64,000 nt of DNA from Phaeosaccion multiseriatum (taxonomy: Eukaryota > Protista > Ochrophyta, other classes). The position numbers and the translations under genes were made by a program. The number at the start of each line of letters is the position of its first letter. Positions within the stretch are counted from its first letter, which is position 1. Below the pieces are notes generated by a model, which saw nothing but the letters and a program-made list of their open reading frames with translations, made no database searches and was not told where the DNA came from. The stretch spans positions 372,001-436,000 of the forward strand of contig OZ218957.1 of the NCBI GenBank assembly GCA_965112735.1. Reading direction: 5' to 3'. Shown in pieces: positions 11,732-22,561 of the stretch.

Positions 11732-14700
11732 TTACGGCAGTTCAGAGGCCCTCTCTCTTCTCCGCTTTTTCTTCTTCTCCTTCTTCCTCTTCTTCTTCTC
11801 CTCCTTGTCCCTCCTCCGCCTCGCCTCCCTCTCCTCCTCCGTGTTGCAGATGGGGCTTGGCGCAGCGTCCACGCAGCTCTCCCCTCCCCCACTGCTGCCC
11901 ACGTCCCCCTTCTCGCCGGCTGTCTTGCTGGCCTTCTCCCCCTTGGTGCTCTTGTTGCCGGCATTGCTGCTGCTGCCCTGCTCCCCTCCCCGCTCGTCCT
12001 CCCTCTTCCTCTTGCTCCTCCTCTTCGTCTTGCCATTCTCCCTCCGAGCCGTTCCCTCCCCCTCCCCCTCCCCCTCCCCCTTCCCCTCCCCCCCGACCAC
12101 TTCGAAGAGTGACCTCATTCTCCTCTGCAGGGCGGGCACTCGCTGCTGCGCCTCCGTCTCATGCATCATAGCGGACTTGGGCTTCACTACCCAACCATAC
12201 AAAGGCAACCCTGAGCCTGAGCCGTTGGCTGTGGTGCCCCATCCATAGGCGGAGTCCGGCCTGACGAGGTGTTTACGCTCGTCCTCCCGCCATTGCCGCT
12301 CGCTACCGTACAAGAAGCTGCGCTCGAACACGATGGAGCCGGCCTGGTACGGAGGGGGAGGGGCAGAGAGACAGCGGCAGTCAGGGGCGGCAGAGGGGCA
12401 GGGGGGGGGAGGGCGAGGGAGGGAAGAGTTTTTCTCGATCGACAAAAGGGACCTCCGAAAGGGCAAAGGACGAGAGAGCGCAAGTGGGAGGCAGAGGGGA
12501 AGGAGCACAAGTGAAATGTGTGTACACCGAAACAAGCAAATTGCCCTACGGAACAAGCAGATGGCCCTACAGAACAAGCAGATGGCCCGGCCCTACGGAA
12601 CAAGCAGATGGCCCTACGGAACAAGCAGATGGCCCTACGGAACAAGCAGATGGCCCTACGGAACAAGCAGATGGCCTTCCCCCCCGGGGCCCACGGTAAG
12701 CAATCACACACCTCTCTCAGCCCCTCCGCCCCCTCGGGCACAGCGTCGGTCACTGTGGATCTGCCCGCCACCCCCGGCCTTGACTCAAGCAAGCGCAGGC
12801 GGCGCCCCAGCAGCGCTGCAGGCAAGGCGTAGCGCCTAGTCTCAATGGTCTTGTCCCCTGTGAGAAGCTTCGAGGCCCAGGGCTGCTGAACCTCCAGCGC
12901 CACGCCAGGCATGTCCGCCCAGCGCACGCCATGTGCCGCTTCATCTTCATCTTCAACTTCACCTTCTTCTGCTGCTGCTGCTGCTGTACCACCAACCGCT
13001 ACATCATCCACCGCGGAGCCCGACGCGCTGCCGCAGTGCCCCTCCGCCTCCCCCACCCCCCCCGTGGCGTCTCCACCCCCGCCTTGCTCCCCTCCTTGGC
13101 GCAAGAAGTGTCCCAAGGGGACGAACGCAGCAGCAGCGAGCCCCCCCTGCTGCCCCTCCCCATATGCCTCCATCACCCCGCTCCCTCCCCCTGCTCTGCC
13201 CCCTGCCATGTCCTCTGCCCGTGCGAAAGCGTCACCCCAGTGCCTCACGGCAGCTGCCAAGGCACCCACCTTAGCGGGCAGCGCAGAAACGCCATGAGTC
13301 CTGCCCTTGCCTGGGCCTGGGCCGCCCCCTGGCGGCACGTGAGAGAAGAGGAGGGGCACGGGGAGAGGATGGCAATCCACGGGCAACCTCCGGAAGGCAG
13401 GGTCTGCCTCCCGCTGTGCCCAGCCGTCACGCATGGCCTGCACACAGAGGGATGGCAGCACACACGCGCGAGTAAGACCTCGCTTCCATCCAAAAACCCT
13501 CGTCTCCTTTTCCTCCCCTCTCTCTCTCCTCCCCTCTCCTTCTCCTCCCCTCTCCTTCCCCTCCCCTCTCTCTCTCCTCCCCTCTCTCTCTCTCCTCCCC
13601 TCTCTCTCTCTCCTCCCCTCTCTCTCCCCTCCCCTCTCTCTCCCCTCCCCCCTCTCTCTCTCCTCCCCCCCTCACCTCTCTCTCCTCCAGAGCCTCCGCC
13701 AAGGCCGTGTAAGCCTCGCGAGGTGAGGCGCCCCCCCTCAGCTCGAAGGCCTTCAGCGCCTCGAAGTGCTTCTGGCGCTTCCTCCTCGCCTTGCCACCCT
13801 CTTTGCTGCCGCACGGCAAGGGGCTGGGCTGAGCCTTGTCTTGCGCGTGCTCCGCCGCCCCGCTGAGGCAGGCAAGTGCAAGCAGAGTGCGCTCTTCCAG
13901 CCTGCTCCAGTAAGTCAGCAATGCCTGTGGTGCATCGGTAGTAGAGAGAGGGAAGCACACAGAGGTCGGCGCTTGAGGGGGGCAGGCGCAGTGTGCGCAC
14001 GCACGGGACGGAGCCACGCACCTTCATAGGCCCTGCCCACCACTCGTGGAGCTCCTCATGGCGCCGGCCCTGCGCAGGCCACAGTAAGTCAGCGAGTCTG
14101 TCAGTAAGTCAGCGAGTCATAAAGGTTCGATGCCTCGCTCCGTACCTGCACGTAGAACTGACGGACCCACTCCATCTCGAGCTCTGAGAGTAGCAACTGC
14201 TCGGCCTTCCACTGCTTGAAGGAGCGCTTCGGTGGGCTCTTGAGGACTGCCTCGCAGCGGGCGGCGATGTAACCGTAAGTGTGGCCCTCCGTCTTGGCCA
14301 CCCGGTGTGTGCTGGAGTAGCGGTGAGAGCTGCCACTCAGCACGGTGTGCTGGTGCTGTTGTGGCGGGGGGGAGGGGGAGGGGGAGGAGAAGGCTCAGTA
14401 GGGGGTGGAGCCGAGCCCACTACGAGTGCGAGCGATGCACGACGGACTTATGTACGGACTTACGTACGGACTTACGTGGTGGTTGAAGTCGTCCAGCAGG
14501 TAATAGGCGCTGCGGCTGGGCAGGGTGAGGGCAATGGAGGGCGTCTCGGGGCCGCTGCCGCCACTGCTGTTCATCTTCCCAGCTGACGGGCCCTCTGCGT
14601 GGGGACTCACCCTGCGCAGACAGCATGCAGATGGAGCGCGTGAGTCAGTGAGTGAGCGAGACAGGTGGCAGGCTGGGGGGGGGGGGGGGCTTGGTAATGT

Positions 14701-15108
14701 TTGTCGGCGCGCTGCTAGCTCTGTACCGCCAGTCTCGGCCCATCCACTGCCATCCCGCCCCCCGTGGGCGAGGTCTGCCTCACCTCAGGGCGATCCTCCA
14801 ATCGTCCACGTGCGGCGCTGCCCCCACCCGCGCTGCATGCACCTGCTGCCCATCGCCCCCCTGGGTGCTGCTCTCCGCGGTAGTCTTGGCTTTCTTGTGC
14901 CCCCCCTTGCCCTTTACCGACATTGGCTTCGGCTTTGGCCCTCCCTGACTGTCGGCAGGCCTGGGGGGAGTGGTGACGTGATAGACAGCGATGGTGCTGA
15001 AGTGGTCCTGAGAGGAGGCCGAGAGAGGTACAGACCCCAAACAGACAGACACGCACCCCCGTTAGACTGCAGCGGCGAAGAGAGCGACAAAGGGAAGGGA
15101 GGGGAGGA

Positions 15109-15148
<40 letters not shown>

Positions 15149-16958
15149 CCTAGCAGCGAGCGGGAAGGCCCTCTGCGGAGGAGCAGGAGCTCAAGCAGTG
15201 GTACTCCCACACTCTCTCATTCCACTTGCCCCCCCCCCCCCCAAGCACTGACCAGGCAGGAGTCAGCGTGCCAAGAGACGCTGGCCTTGTCTCTGTTGAA
15301 GAGCGGCTCCCGCTTCAGATCCGCCTTGAGCTCCTTGGGCAGCATGCAGTTCACCAGAGACAGCGAGAAGCGGCAGCTGCCCACCACCCCGTCCGAGTGC
15401 CTGCGGCCGTCCACGTCTCCCCTCGGGTCTCGCGCCCGCGCCTCCTTCAGCGCTTCCAGGTGCTGGCTGGAGCGCTGCACGAGGCGCTGATTGAGCAGGT
15501 GCACACTCCTGCGGGGGTGAGTTGGTGAGTCGTTCGAGCAGAGGCAAGAAAGGGTTGGTCAGGAGGGGACGACGCTGGCTTTATTTACTTCGTGCCTCTG
15601 CTCTGCCTCACTACCCCCGCCATTCTTGGACGAAAAGGAGCCCTGCTGGCCCGAGCAGACTCGGTCATAGCCTGTGCGCCTCTGCTCACCGTATGGCCTC
15701 GTGCGCCGCTCCTTTGGGAGCGTCCTGCGCAGTCCATGGATGGGCGAACATGCGCAGGCCTGCGGTGCGGTCAGGGTCAGGGTCAGGGCCAGGGTCAGGG
15801 TCAGGGTCAGGGTCAAAGGCAGGGCCGGGGCAAGGGTCAGGGCCAGGGCCAGGGTCAGGGTCAGGGTCAGGGCCATGGTCAGGGTCAGGGTCAAGCGCAG
15901 GGTCCGGCTCCGAAAGTGTCTCGCACTGATACGCGGAGCGGAGGAAACGCCTTCCATTCATCTCCTACAACCCCACCCCGGAGCAGAGCCCGGCCGCTCC
16001 TCGCCCCCCCCTCCCCTCCTCCCTTTGACTCACCGAGGTACTTGTATGTGGTGCCCGCCTCTCCGAGGAGTGTCCTCGACACCATCGTCAGCGCACACTG
16101 CCGGAGAGGAGGTGTGAAAGGGGTGGATAGGAGGGGCAGGAGGGCGCGGGGGTTTGGTGCGGAGAGGGTGGTTAGACAGAGACTGGGCAACATGGGGCGA
16201 TACTGACTGACCTTTGTGCCGAGTCCACCCGGCTGAGTGACTGACAAGAGAGAAGGGCAAAGCGAGATGGTGCACGTGTGTGAGTGTGTGTGTGCCCAGA
16301 GAGGGGTGCGAGTTGGCCGCCGGTCAGCGAAGAGGGAGAGAGGAGGGCTTGGCAATTGACCCTCCTGTCCAGCGACGCCTCTCACCGTCAGTCTGGAAGA
16401 TGCCGAGGTCGCTCATCCGCTCGAAGGCGGCTCTCATCTGGTCATGCTCCCCCTCCTTGCTCAAAGCAGAGGATGGAGGATCCACCACGAAGCCCCTTTG
16501 TTTAGAGAGAGAGAGAGCGAGACAGAGAGAGTGAGAGAGTGGTAAGACAGAGAGCAGGAGGGCAAAAAGAACAAAAGGAGAGAGCGGGTGGAAGAGAGAA
16601 TGGCGAGAGAGAGCGAGAGAATGAGAGGGAGGGGGAGGAAGAGATTGAGAGAGAGAAGAGGCAGAGAGGATGGATTGTACACTCACACACCGCACCTGTA
16701 GCTGCTGCTCAAGAGGTGGTCAAAGTCAGGATCGACAGGTGTCCAGAAACGCTGGTTGTCAGCGACCCCACCCTTCTTCGCATTCTTCGCCTGTCGCAGA
16801 GCCTGCGCGGGAGGGATGAACTGCAGCGGTAGGGCGCAGTCTCTCCTCTTGGGTGCGGTGTGCGGTGCCTGCTGCCCTTGCTGCGCGTTCTGCTGCTGAG
16901 GGCCTTTACTGTTGCGCTCCGGCTCAGCTCGCTTCCGCTTTTTCCAGCCGCTCTTCAT
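11732..16958 (-). CDS. FTO: FTO-family Fe(II)/2OG nucleic-acid demethylase with a C-terminal ASCH (PUA-like) domain and lysine-rich tail
   Basis: Exons encode FTO hallmarks: VSRTLLGEAGTTYKYLGLRMFAHPW, LVNCM, LKREPLF..ASVSWHAD (HxD), STIAVYH, AYYLLDDFNHHHQHTVLSGSSHRYSSTHR (distal His and two Arg), ELEMEWVRQFYVQG, and CTD-like RDGWAQR...RRLPVDCHP. The same exon continues into LEVQQPWASKLLTGDKTIETRRY (ASCH). Confidence 0.92.
12530..12676. repeat. Intronic 21-bp tandem repeat (GAACAAGCAGATGGCCCTACG) x~6
   Basis: Read directly inside intron 12344-12711. Confidence 0.92.
15770..15903. repeat. (TCAGGG/CCAGGG)n telomere-variant-like repeat at the 3' end of an FTO intron
   Basis: About 20 degenerate hexamers; the sense strand reads (CCCTGA)n just before the acceptor. 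Confidence 0.85.
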
Positions 16959-17309
16959 TAAACCCGGTTGCACCAACTCTGAATCAACTCTGTGAATCGG
17001 GTGGAGCACCAACCCCCCCTCCTTCTGATTTTGGATTTCAATCGACCCGATTTCGTTTCAAAAAGATTTCCTTCTCCAAAATATTTGCGCTATTTAAGAA
17101 CGGGCCTTAGGTTCTCGGGTCCCTTTGGTTCTCGAAAGAGAGAGAGAAGCAAGACGCTGAAGGACCGGCACGAAGGAACGCGTGCAAGGAAGGGCTGACA
17201 GGGTACGGCTGCAAGAGCATCAGCAAGTATTGGAAGAAACGGAGGAGAGACGAAGGAGCGAGTGGGAGGAGGAGAGAGAGATTGTTGAAGGAGAGAGAGA
17301 AGAGGAGAG

Positions 17310-18401
17310 ATGGGGGTTGGGATAGAGTTAATGACAGGGTTTGGGTTATGGCTATCATTAGGGTTATGGGTAGGGCTGGGGAGCAGCAGAAGTGTCACCA
17401 AGAGTAGTAGCAGCAGCGGAACGAAGAAGGGGGACTTGAGAGCTAGGCCGAGGGGATCTGCTCATGAAGAAGCGGAACCCACCTATGAGGCCTGTGAGAA
17501 GGCATTGGCACAGGCTCTAGTGCTCAGCACAGTCATGGGCTTTGTTGGCGAAGGTCATGACGCTTTCATAGCGACGGTGAGTACGGAGTGGAAGGACCAC
17601 TACAGACGTGTACATTCCACCAAGAGGACGACTGAGAGGAGCGTGGTAGAGTGCGTGGAGCGCGTGTACTGGGCGAAGCGCTTCGGATGTAAGCTGACTG
17701 AGGAGACATTCATGCTTGCTGCCAGGCATGGGACTGTCGCAGTGTGCAAGGCCCTCCATGGCAAGGACTGTCCCTGGAATGAACAAGTTTGTCTCGCGGC
17801 GTTGGACAACGAGCAGAAAGGCCTGAGTATTCTCCAGTGGCTGCGATCCGAACATCTTCAGGGGAAGAAGAGGTGCCCATGGCATGCCGGCATTTGTGGC
17901 GCTGCGGCGTATGGTGGAAAGCTGGTGATGCTGCAGTGGCTGCTATCGAAGGAAGGGAATGCTCCATTTCCCTGCTCTAGTTGGGATTCTGCTTGCTTGG
18001 CGGGACACATTCCCGTGGTGGAGTACCTCATAAACCACCCTCGCACGAGAGCATTGCTGGAAGCGAATAGAGGTGGGCGGTGGCGCAGCGGGGCGCGGTG
18101 GGCTGCGAGGAAGGGACACCTAGGGGTGCTGCAGCTCCTCCACGCCAATGCCCGCCACCTCTGCCGCTGGGATGCGGCGGTCTGCAGTGATGCAGTCATA
18201 CGCGCCAAGAGCCTGCCAATCCTCAAGTGGCTCCGGTCAGAAGAGGTGCAGTGTGGCTGGGACGCAAAGTCGTGCCCACAGAGCATCAGGGACGGAGGGA
18301 GACCCACAGACGACGGCTGGGATGCTACCCACGCCGAAACTGCAGCAAAATTGAAGGAGTGGGTGCACGCCCATGGGCACCCCTGCGACTGCGGGGTGTG
18401 A
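17310..18401 (+). CDS. Intronless F-box-like/ankyrin-repeat protein (type A, copy 1)
   Basis: VLSTVMGFVGEGHDAFIATVSTEWK, then repeats such as CPWNEQVCLAA, AAYGGKLVMLQWL, AARKGHLGVLQLLH, WDAAVC; ends WVHAHGHPCDC. Resembles the CPW-type ankyrin family of brown algae and giant viruses. Start codon uncertain. Confidence 0.8.
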   Translation: MGVGIELMTGFGLWLSLGLWVGLGSSRSVTKSSSSSGTKKGDLRARPRGSAHEEAEPTYEACEKALAQALVLSTVMGFVGEGHDAFIATVSTEWKDHYRRVHSTKRTTERSVVECVERVYWAKRFGCKLTEETFMLAARHGTVAVCKALHGKDCPWNEQVCLAALDNEQKGLSILQWLRSEHLQGKKRCPWHAGICGAAAYGGKLVMLQWLLSKEGNAPFPCSSWDSACLAGHIPVVEYLINHPRTRALLEANRGGRWRSGARWAARKGHLGVLQLLHANARHLCRWDAAVCSDAVIRAKSLPILKWLRSEEVQCGWDAKSCPQSIRDGGRPTDDGWDATHAETAAKLKEWVHAHGHPCDCGV

Positions 18402-18744
18402 CGACTTGTCTCCGCTCTCGGCTGCTGCTGCTCTTGCTGCGTGGGACTCTGTGAGGCCCCAAGGGGGGCATGTGTGAGACCCCAAGGGGGGCATGTGTGG
18501 AGCGAAGTCGGGCCTGAAGGCATTGGCGTTGGCATGCCGTCTCTGAGACAGGCATTGGGGGAGGCATGCCTTCTCTGAGACAGGTGTAGAGAGAGAGGGA
18601 GGGGGCAAAAATAGTTGAGCAAAACTGCTACCCTGCGAAAGCTTTGGGCTGGACCATGAATTCGTCGTGCAGCAGCAGCAGCAGCAGCGGCAGTTGGTGA
18701 TACAGCAACAAGGGTAGGAGGAACAGGTTTGGCAAGGGTCGATG

Positions 18745-19006
18745 CAGCTCCTCTTGATCATTCGCTCGTATAGGAGCGGCAGGGACGGGATCAAGAGAAG
18801 CCTTTGGGGCCGTGCTCCTCCTCGGGCTCGGGAGCGGGGATGGGCGGGGGGTGGCCGGAGAGAGAGGGAGGGAGACAGAGAGAGGACAGTACACCTGGCT
18901 CGGCACGGCTACAGGGATGCAGAAAGGCGGCGAGAGTATAGTCGCGGCTCATGGGAAGGAGGGCGCTTGGAGTAGACGTGGGGAGGGGCACTCCGCCTCC
19001 AGAAGC

Positions 19007-19040
<34 letters not shown>

Positions 19041-19375
19041 GCGGCGGCGAAAGGCAGGGACGAGGGGCGTGTCCTTCCCGGGGGTGGCAGCTGCAGCAGC
19101 GGCAGCAGCGGCAGCATCGGCAGGACCAGAGAGAGAGGAGGGAGCACTACCGATGACCGGCACGGTAACCCTGTCACCTTGAGCAGCTGCAGGCGTGCTA
19201 CCTCCACACCCGCCGCACCCCGCCCTCGCCCCCTCCTGCTGGGCCTCTCTTCAGCACCATTGAGAAGCAGCGAGAGGCACTTGGTTTCCGGGACTATTCC
19301 CTCGCTCAGGCCACATTGGAGCAGATCTTCAATCGTATCGCGGGCAGCGACGCCAAGGGGGAGAGCGGCGAGTAA
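18745..19375 (+). pseudogene. Degenerate 3' fragment of an ABCA-subfamily transporter
   Basis: 19247-19375 translates LFSTIEKQREALGFRDYSLAQATLEQIFNRIAG...*, the typical ABCA C-terminus (DYS.SQ.TLEQ.F). Upstream QLLL...SGRDGIKRSLWG resembles a decayed Walker-B/D-loop segment. No intact NBD or TM exons nearby. Confidence 0.65.
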
Positions 19376-19648
19376 GGATGTATGTACTCTCTGCTGGGGG
19401 GCCCAGACTGGCATTTTGTTGACTTGGTGCAGGAAGTAGGTTGGATATGAGGGATATATGAACAGATAGATTGCAATGTGCTTGTGGTGTGCTTGCTTAT
19501 ATATATTTACATCACAATGGTCTCTGTGTAGGATGACGCATAATACTAGATTGCTCGTAATGGCGAAGAAAAATGCATGAAAAAAGGAACGGAACAAAAT
19601 CACAAAAGTGGGGATAGATTACCGTGTCCCCGCAAACCATCGCTGTCC

Positions 19649-20719
19649 TCAGTCCTGGCAGTCGCAGGGGTGTCCATTGGCGTGCACCCACTGCTTCATC
19701 TCCTCAAAGGTCTCGGCATCCATATCATAAAGGATACCTCTGTCCCTAATGACCTGTGGGCACGACCACTCGCTCCACTCACACTTCACATGGTCTGATC
19801 GGAGCCACTTGAGCATGGGCAGGCTCTTGGCGCGCATGACTGCAGTGTAACAGATCCAATCATCCCAATCACAGAGGTGGCGGGCGTTGGCGTGGAGGAG
19901 CTGCAGCACACCGAGGCGACCAGCTTGGGCAGCGCACAAAGCCCCTTCGCGCCAAAACCCGCCTACATTCTCTTCCAGCACAGCCCTCGTGCGAGGATGA
20001 TTGAGCAGGTACTCCACGGCCCGAATGTGACCCGTCGTACAAATTGTGCTCCAGCTGAATCTGTCAAATGGAGCATTCCCTGCCTCCGATAGCAGCCACT
20101 TGAGCATCTCCAGATTCCCGTTCAATCCAGCAGCTCCACAAGTCTGTCCATCCCATGGACACCTTTCCTTCTCAGGAAGATCCTCGGATCGCAGCCATTG
20201 GAGAACATTCAGGCCATGCTGCTCATTGTATGCCGTTTCACGGCACACCCATTTATTCCAAGGACAGACCTTGCCATGAAGAGCCTTACACACTTCAACG
20301 TCTCCGTACCTAGCGGCGACTCTGAAGACTCCTTCAGTTAGCTCCAGGCCCTGCTTTATCGCCCATCTCACGCGCTCCACAGAGCTGACCACAGATGACA
20401 AGTTTGTCTTCAGGGCTGGGTATAAATGGCCATAGCGGGTCCTCAACTCCTTGTTTGTGCCAGCCACAAAGAGGAACTCCCCCCCACCCACGTACTCCAC
20501 CACGGCCTGGAGCAGCTCGATAGTGGCCAAGGCCTCGTGGCAAGCTTTATAGAGGCCTTCGGTCACTTCTTCTTCTGATACCGCAGAAGCCCCATCTTCG
20601 CGGGAATCAGCCTCACCGGCATCTCGCTCATACGTGCTTCCGTCCTCATGCCCAGTCCCACCAGCAGCACCACATTCCTCTGGCCCTCCTGCAGACTCGC
20701 CTTCCAGGGAAGGGGGCAT
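19649..20719 (-). CDS. Intronless F-box-like/ankyrin-repeat protein (type B, copy 1)
   Basis: LLQAVVEYVGGGEFLFVAGTNKELR, CPWNKWVC, CPWDGQTCGAAG..GNLEMLKWL, ends WVHANGHPCDC. Confidence 0.82.
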   Translation of the reverse strand: MPPSLEGESAGGPEECGAAGGTGHEDGSTYERDAGEADSREDGASAVSEEEVTEGLYKACHEALATIELLQAVVEYVGGGEFLFVAGTNKELRTRYGHLYPALKTNLSSVVSSVERVRWAIKQGLELTEGVFRVAARYGDVEVCKALHGKVCPWNKWVCRETAYNEQHGLNVLQWLRSEDLPEKERCPWDGQTCGAAGLNGNLEMLKWLLSEAGNAPFDRFSWSTICTTGHIRAVEYLLNHPRTRAVLEENVGGFWREGALCAAQAGRLGVLQLLHANARHLCDWDDWICYTAVMRAKSLPMLKWLRSDHVKCEWSEWSCPQVIRDRGILYDMDAETFEEMKQWVHANGHPCDCQD

Positions 20720-21026
20720 TTCAATGGCTGTTTATTGATTTCAGGAGGAGGAGGAGGAGGAGGAGGAGGAGGAGGAGGAGGAGGAGGAAAGGGAAAGCGA
20801 TCAACCCATCTCCCCCATTTGTGAATCATGGAGCACCAACACGGAGGCCATCTGAGATGGGACGGAGTGGAAAAAAAAATAATAATAAAAAGAAAGGAAG
20901 AGAGTGCGAAGAGCAGCCGGAAAAGAGACAGAGGAAAAGGAAGTAGAGGAGAGTCAGTGGAAGTGGAGGCGCGTGAGGAAAGGTCACGACCACGACTTTA
21001 TTTTGACAGCAGAGAGAGAGTCGAGG

Positions 21027-22016
21027 ATGGGATGCAGCATCAGCAGCAGGTGCGTGGGAGAGATGGGACATCGTGCGGAGGCGTTGCCTGGCTTCGAGGC
21101 CTGTAGGAAGGCGCTGGCGAAGCCTGAGGTGCTCGGTAGGGTCATGAGCTTCGTTGGCGAAGGTCATGACGCTTTCATAGCATCGGTGAGCCAGGAGTGG
21201 AAGGACCACTACAGACGTGTACATTCGACCAAGAGGACATCTGAGAGGAGCGTGGTAGAGTCCGCAGAGCGCGTTCACTGGGCGAAGCGGTTCGGGTGCA
21301 ATCTGGACGAGGAGACATTCAAGGCAGCTGCTAGGTATGGAGACGTCGAAGTGTGCGAGGCCCTCCATGGCAAGGACTGTCCCTGGGACGAAGAAGTGTG
21401 TCTCGCCACTCTGGGAAATAGGAAGCATGGCCTGAGTGTACTCCAGTGGCTGCAGTCCGAAGATCTTCCGGGGAAGCAGAGGTGCCCATGGGGTGAACAC
21501 ATTTGTGGAGAGGCTGGAGGGAGAGGGAGGTTGGAGATGCTGAATTGGCTTCTTTCTGAGGAAGGGAGTGCTCCTTTTAGCAGCGTGACGTGGCAATACG
21601 CTTGTCTTGGGGGGCACATTCCCGTGGTGGAGTATCTGCTCAACCATCCCCGCGCGAGAGCTTTGCTGGAGGAGAATCGAGACGGAAATTGGCGATACGG
21701 GGCGTGGTGGGCTGCCAGAAGAGGCCGCCTCGAGGTACTGCAGCTCCTCCACGCCAAGGCCCGCCACCTCTGCCGCTGGGATGAGGAGGTTTGTCAGAGG
21801 GCAGTCATGTACGCCAAGAGCCTGCCAATGCTCAAGTGGCTCCGGTCAGAGGCAGTGCAGTGCCCGTGGGACGAAACGTCGTGCCCACAGGTCATCAGGG
21901 ACAGAGAACTGTACGTCCAAGCTATGGGTATGACATGGGGCATTCGTCACGGGACCTTTGAGGAGCTGAAACAGTGGGTACACACCAACGGGCACCCGTG
22001 CGACTGCCAGGACTGA
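21027..22016 (+). CDS. Intronless F-box-like/ankyrin-repeat protein (type A, copy 2)
   Basis: Highly similar to 17310-18401 (FVGEGHDAFIASVSQEWKDHYRRVHSTKRT); first in-frame ATG at 21027. Confidence 0.82.
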   Translation: MGCSISSRCVGEMGHRAEALPGFEACRKALAKPEVLGRVMSFVGEGHDAFIASVSQEWKDHYRRVHSTKRTSERSVVESAERVHWAKRFGCNLDEETFKAAARYGDVEVCEALHGKDCPWDEEVCLATLGNRKHGLSVLQWLQSEDLPGKQRCPWGEHICGEAGGRGRLEMLNWLLSEEGSAPFSSVTWQYACLGGHIPVVEYLLNHPRARALLEENRDGNWRYGAWWAARRGRLEVLQLLHAKARHLCRWDEEVCQRAVMYAKSLPMLKWLRSEAVQCPWDETSCPQVIRDRELYVQAMGMTWGIRHGTFEELKQWVHTNGHPCDCQD

Positions 22017-22561
22017 GGATTTGGCTCCACTCTCTTGTGTGGTGGGGTAAAGCAAGGTCAGGCCCGACGGATTCAAGCCCACAAAGACAGAGCGCGAGGC
22101 AGCCGGAAGAGAGAGAGAGAGAGGCACGAAAGAGGCCAGAGACGGTAGAGACCCCTTGAAGAGGGCGTGGAGAAGGAAAGCACGTGGAAAGCATACGCTC
22201 ATTGGGGTGCGCCAGGGGAGGCCCGTGCAGGCGGCCCGAAGAGACGAAGAGGCCCAGGGGGGGAGGCAGATGCACCGACTCGGAACCCCCAGCGCCGCCG
22301 TCGCCGGAGACGCTGCTGCTCCAGGAGTGACCACCTGGCTGGGAGGGACTCCTCGGGGGGCAGCGGGGTGGTCGGGGTGGCCCCTGGTCCCCTGGTGGCT
22401 GGGCTATCGGCTCGATGAGGAGCGTCTCTGGGGAGTCGAGGAACGAGGAATCGGGCAGGACCTTAGCAGGGAAGGAGGTAGCAGTGTAGCAGGGCAGGCA
22501 GGGTAGCAAGGTGGAGGGGGAAATGACGGACTTTTAGATCTTCTTCATGTCGTGGTGTAAT

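Noticed and set aside
21922-22509. Pro-rich minus-strand ORF beside the Crypton as possible cargo
   Set aside because: No ATG start or recognisable motif, and it lies outside the inferred element end.
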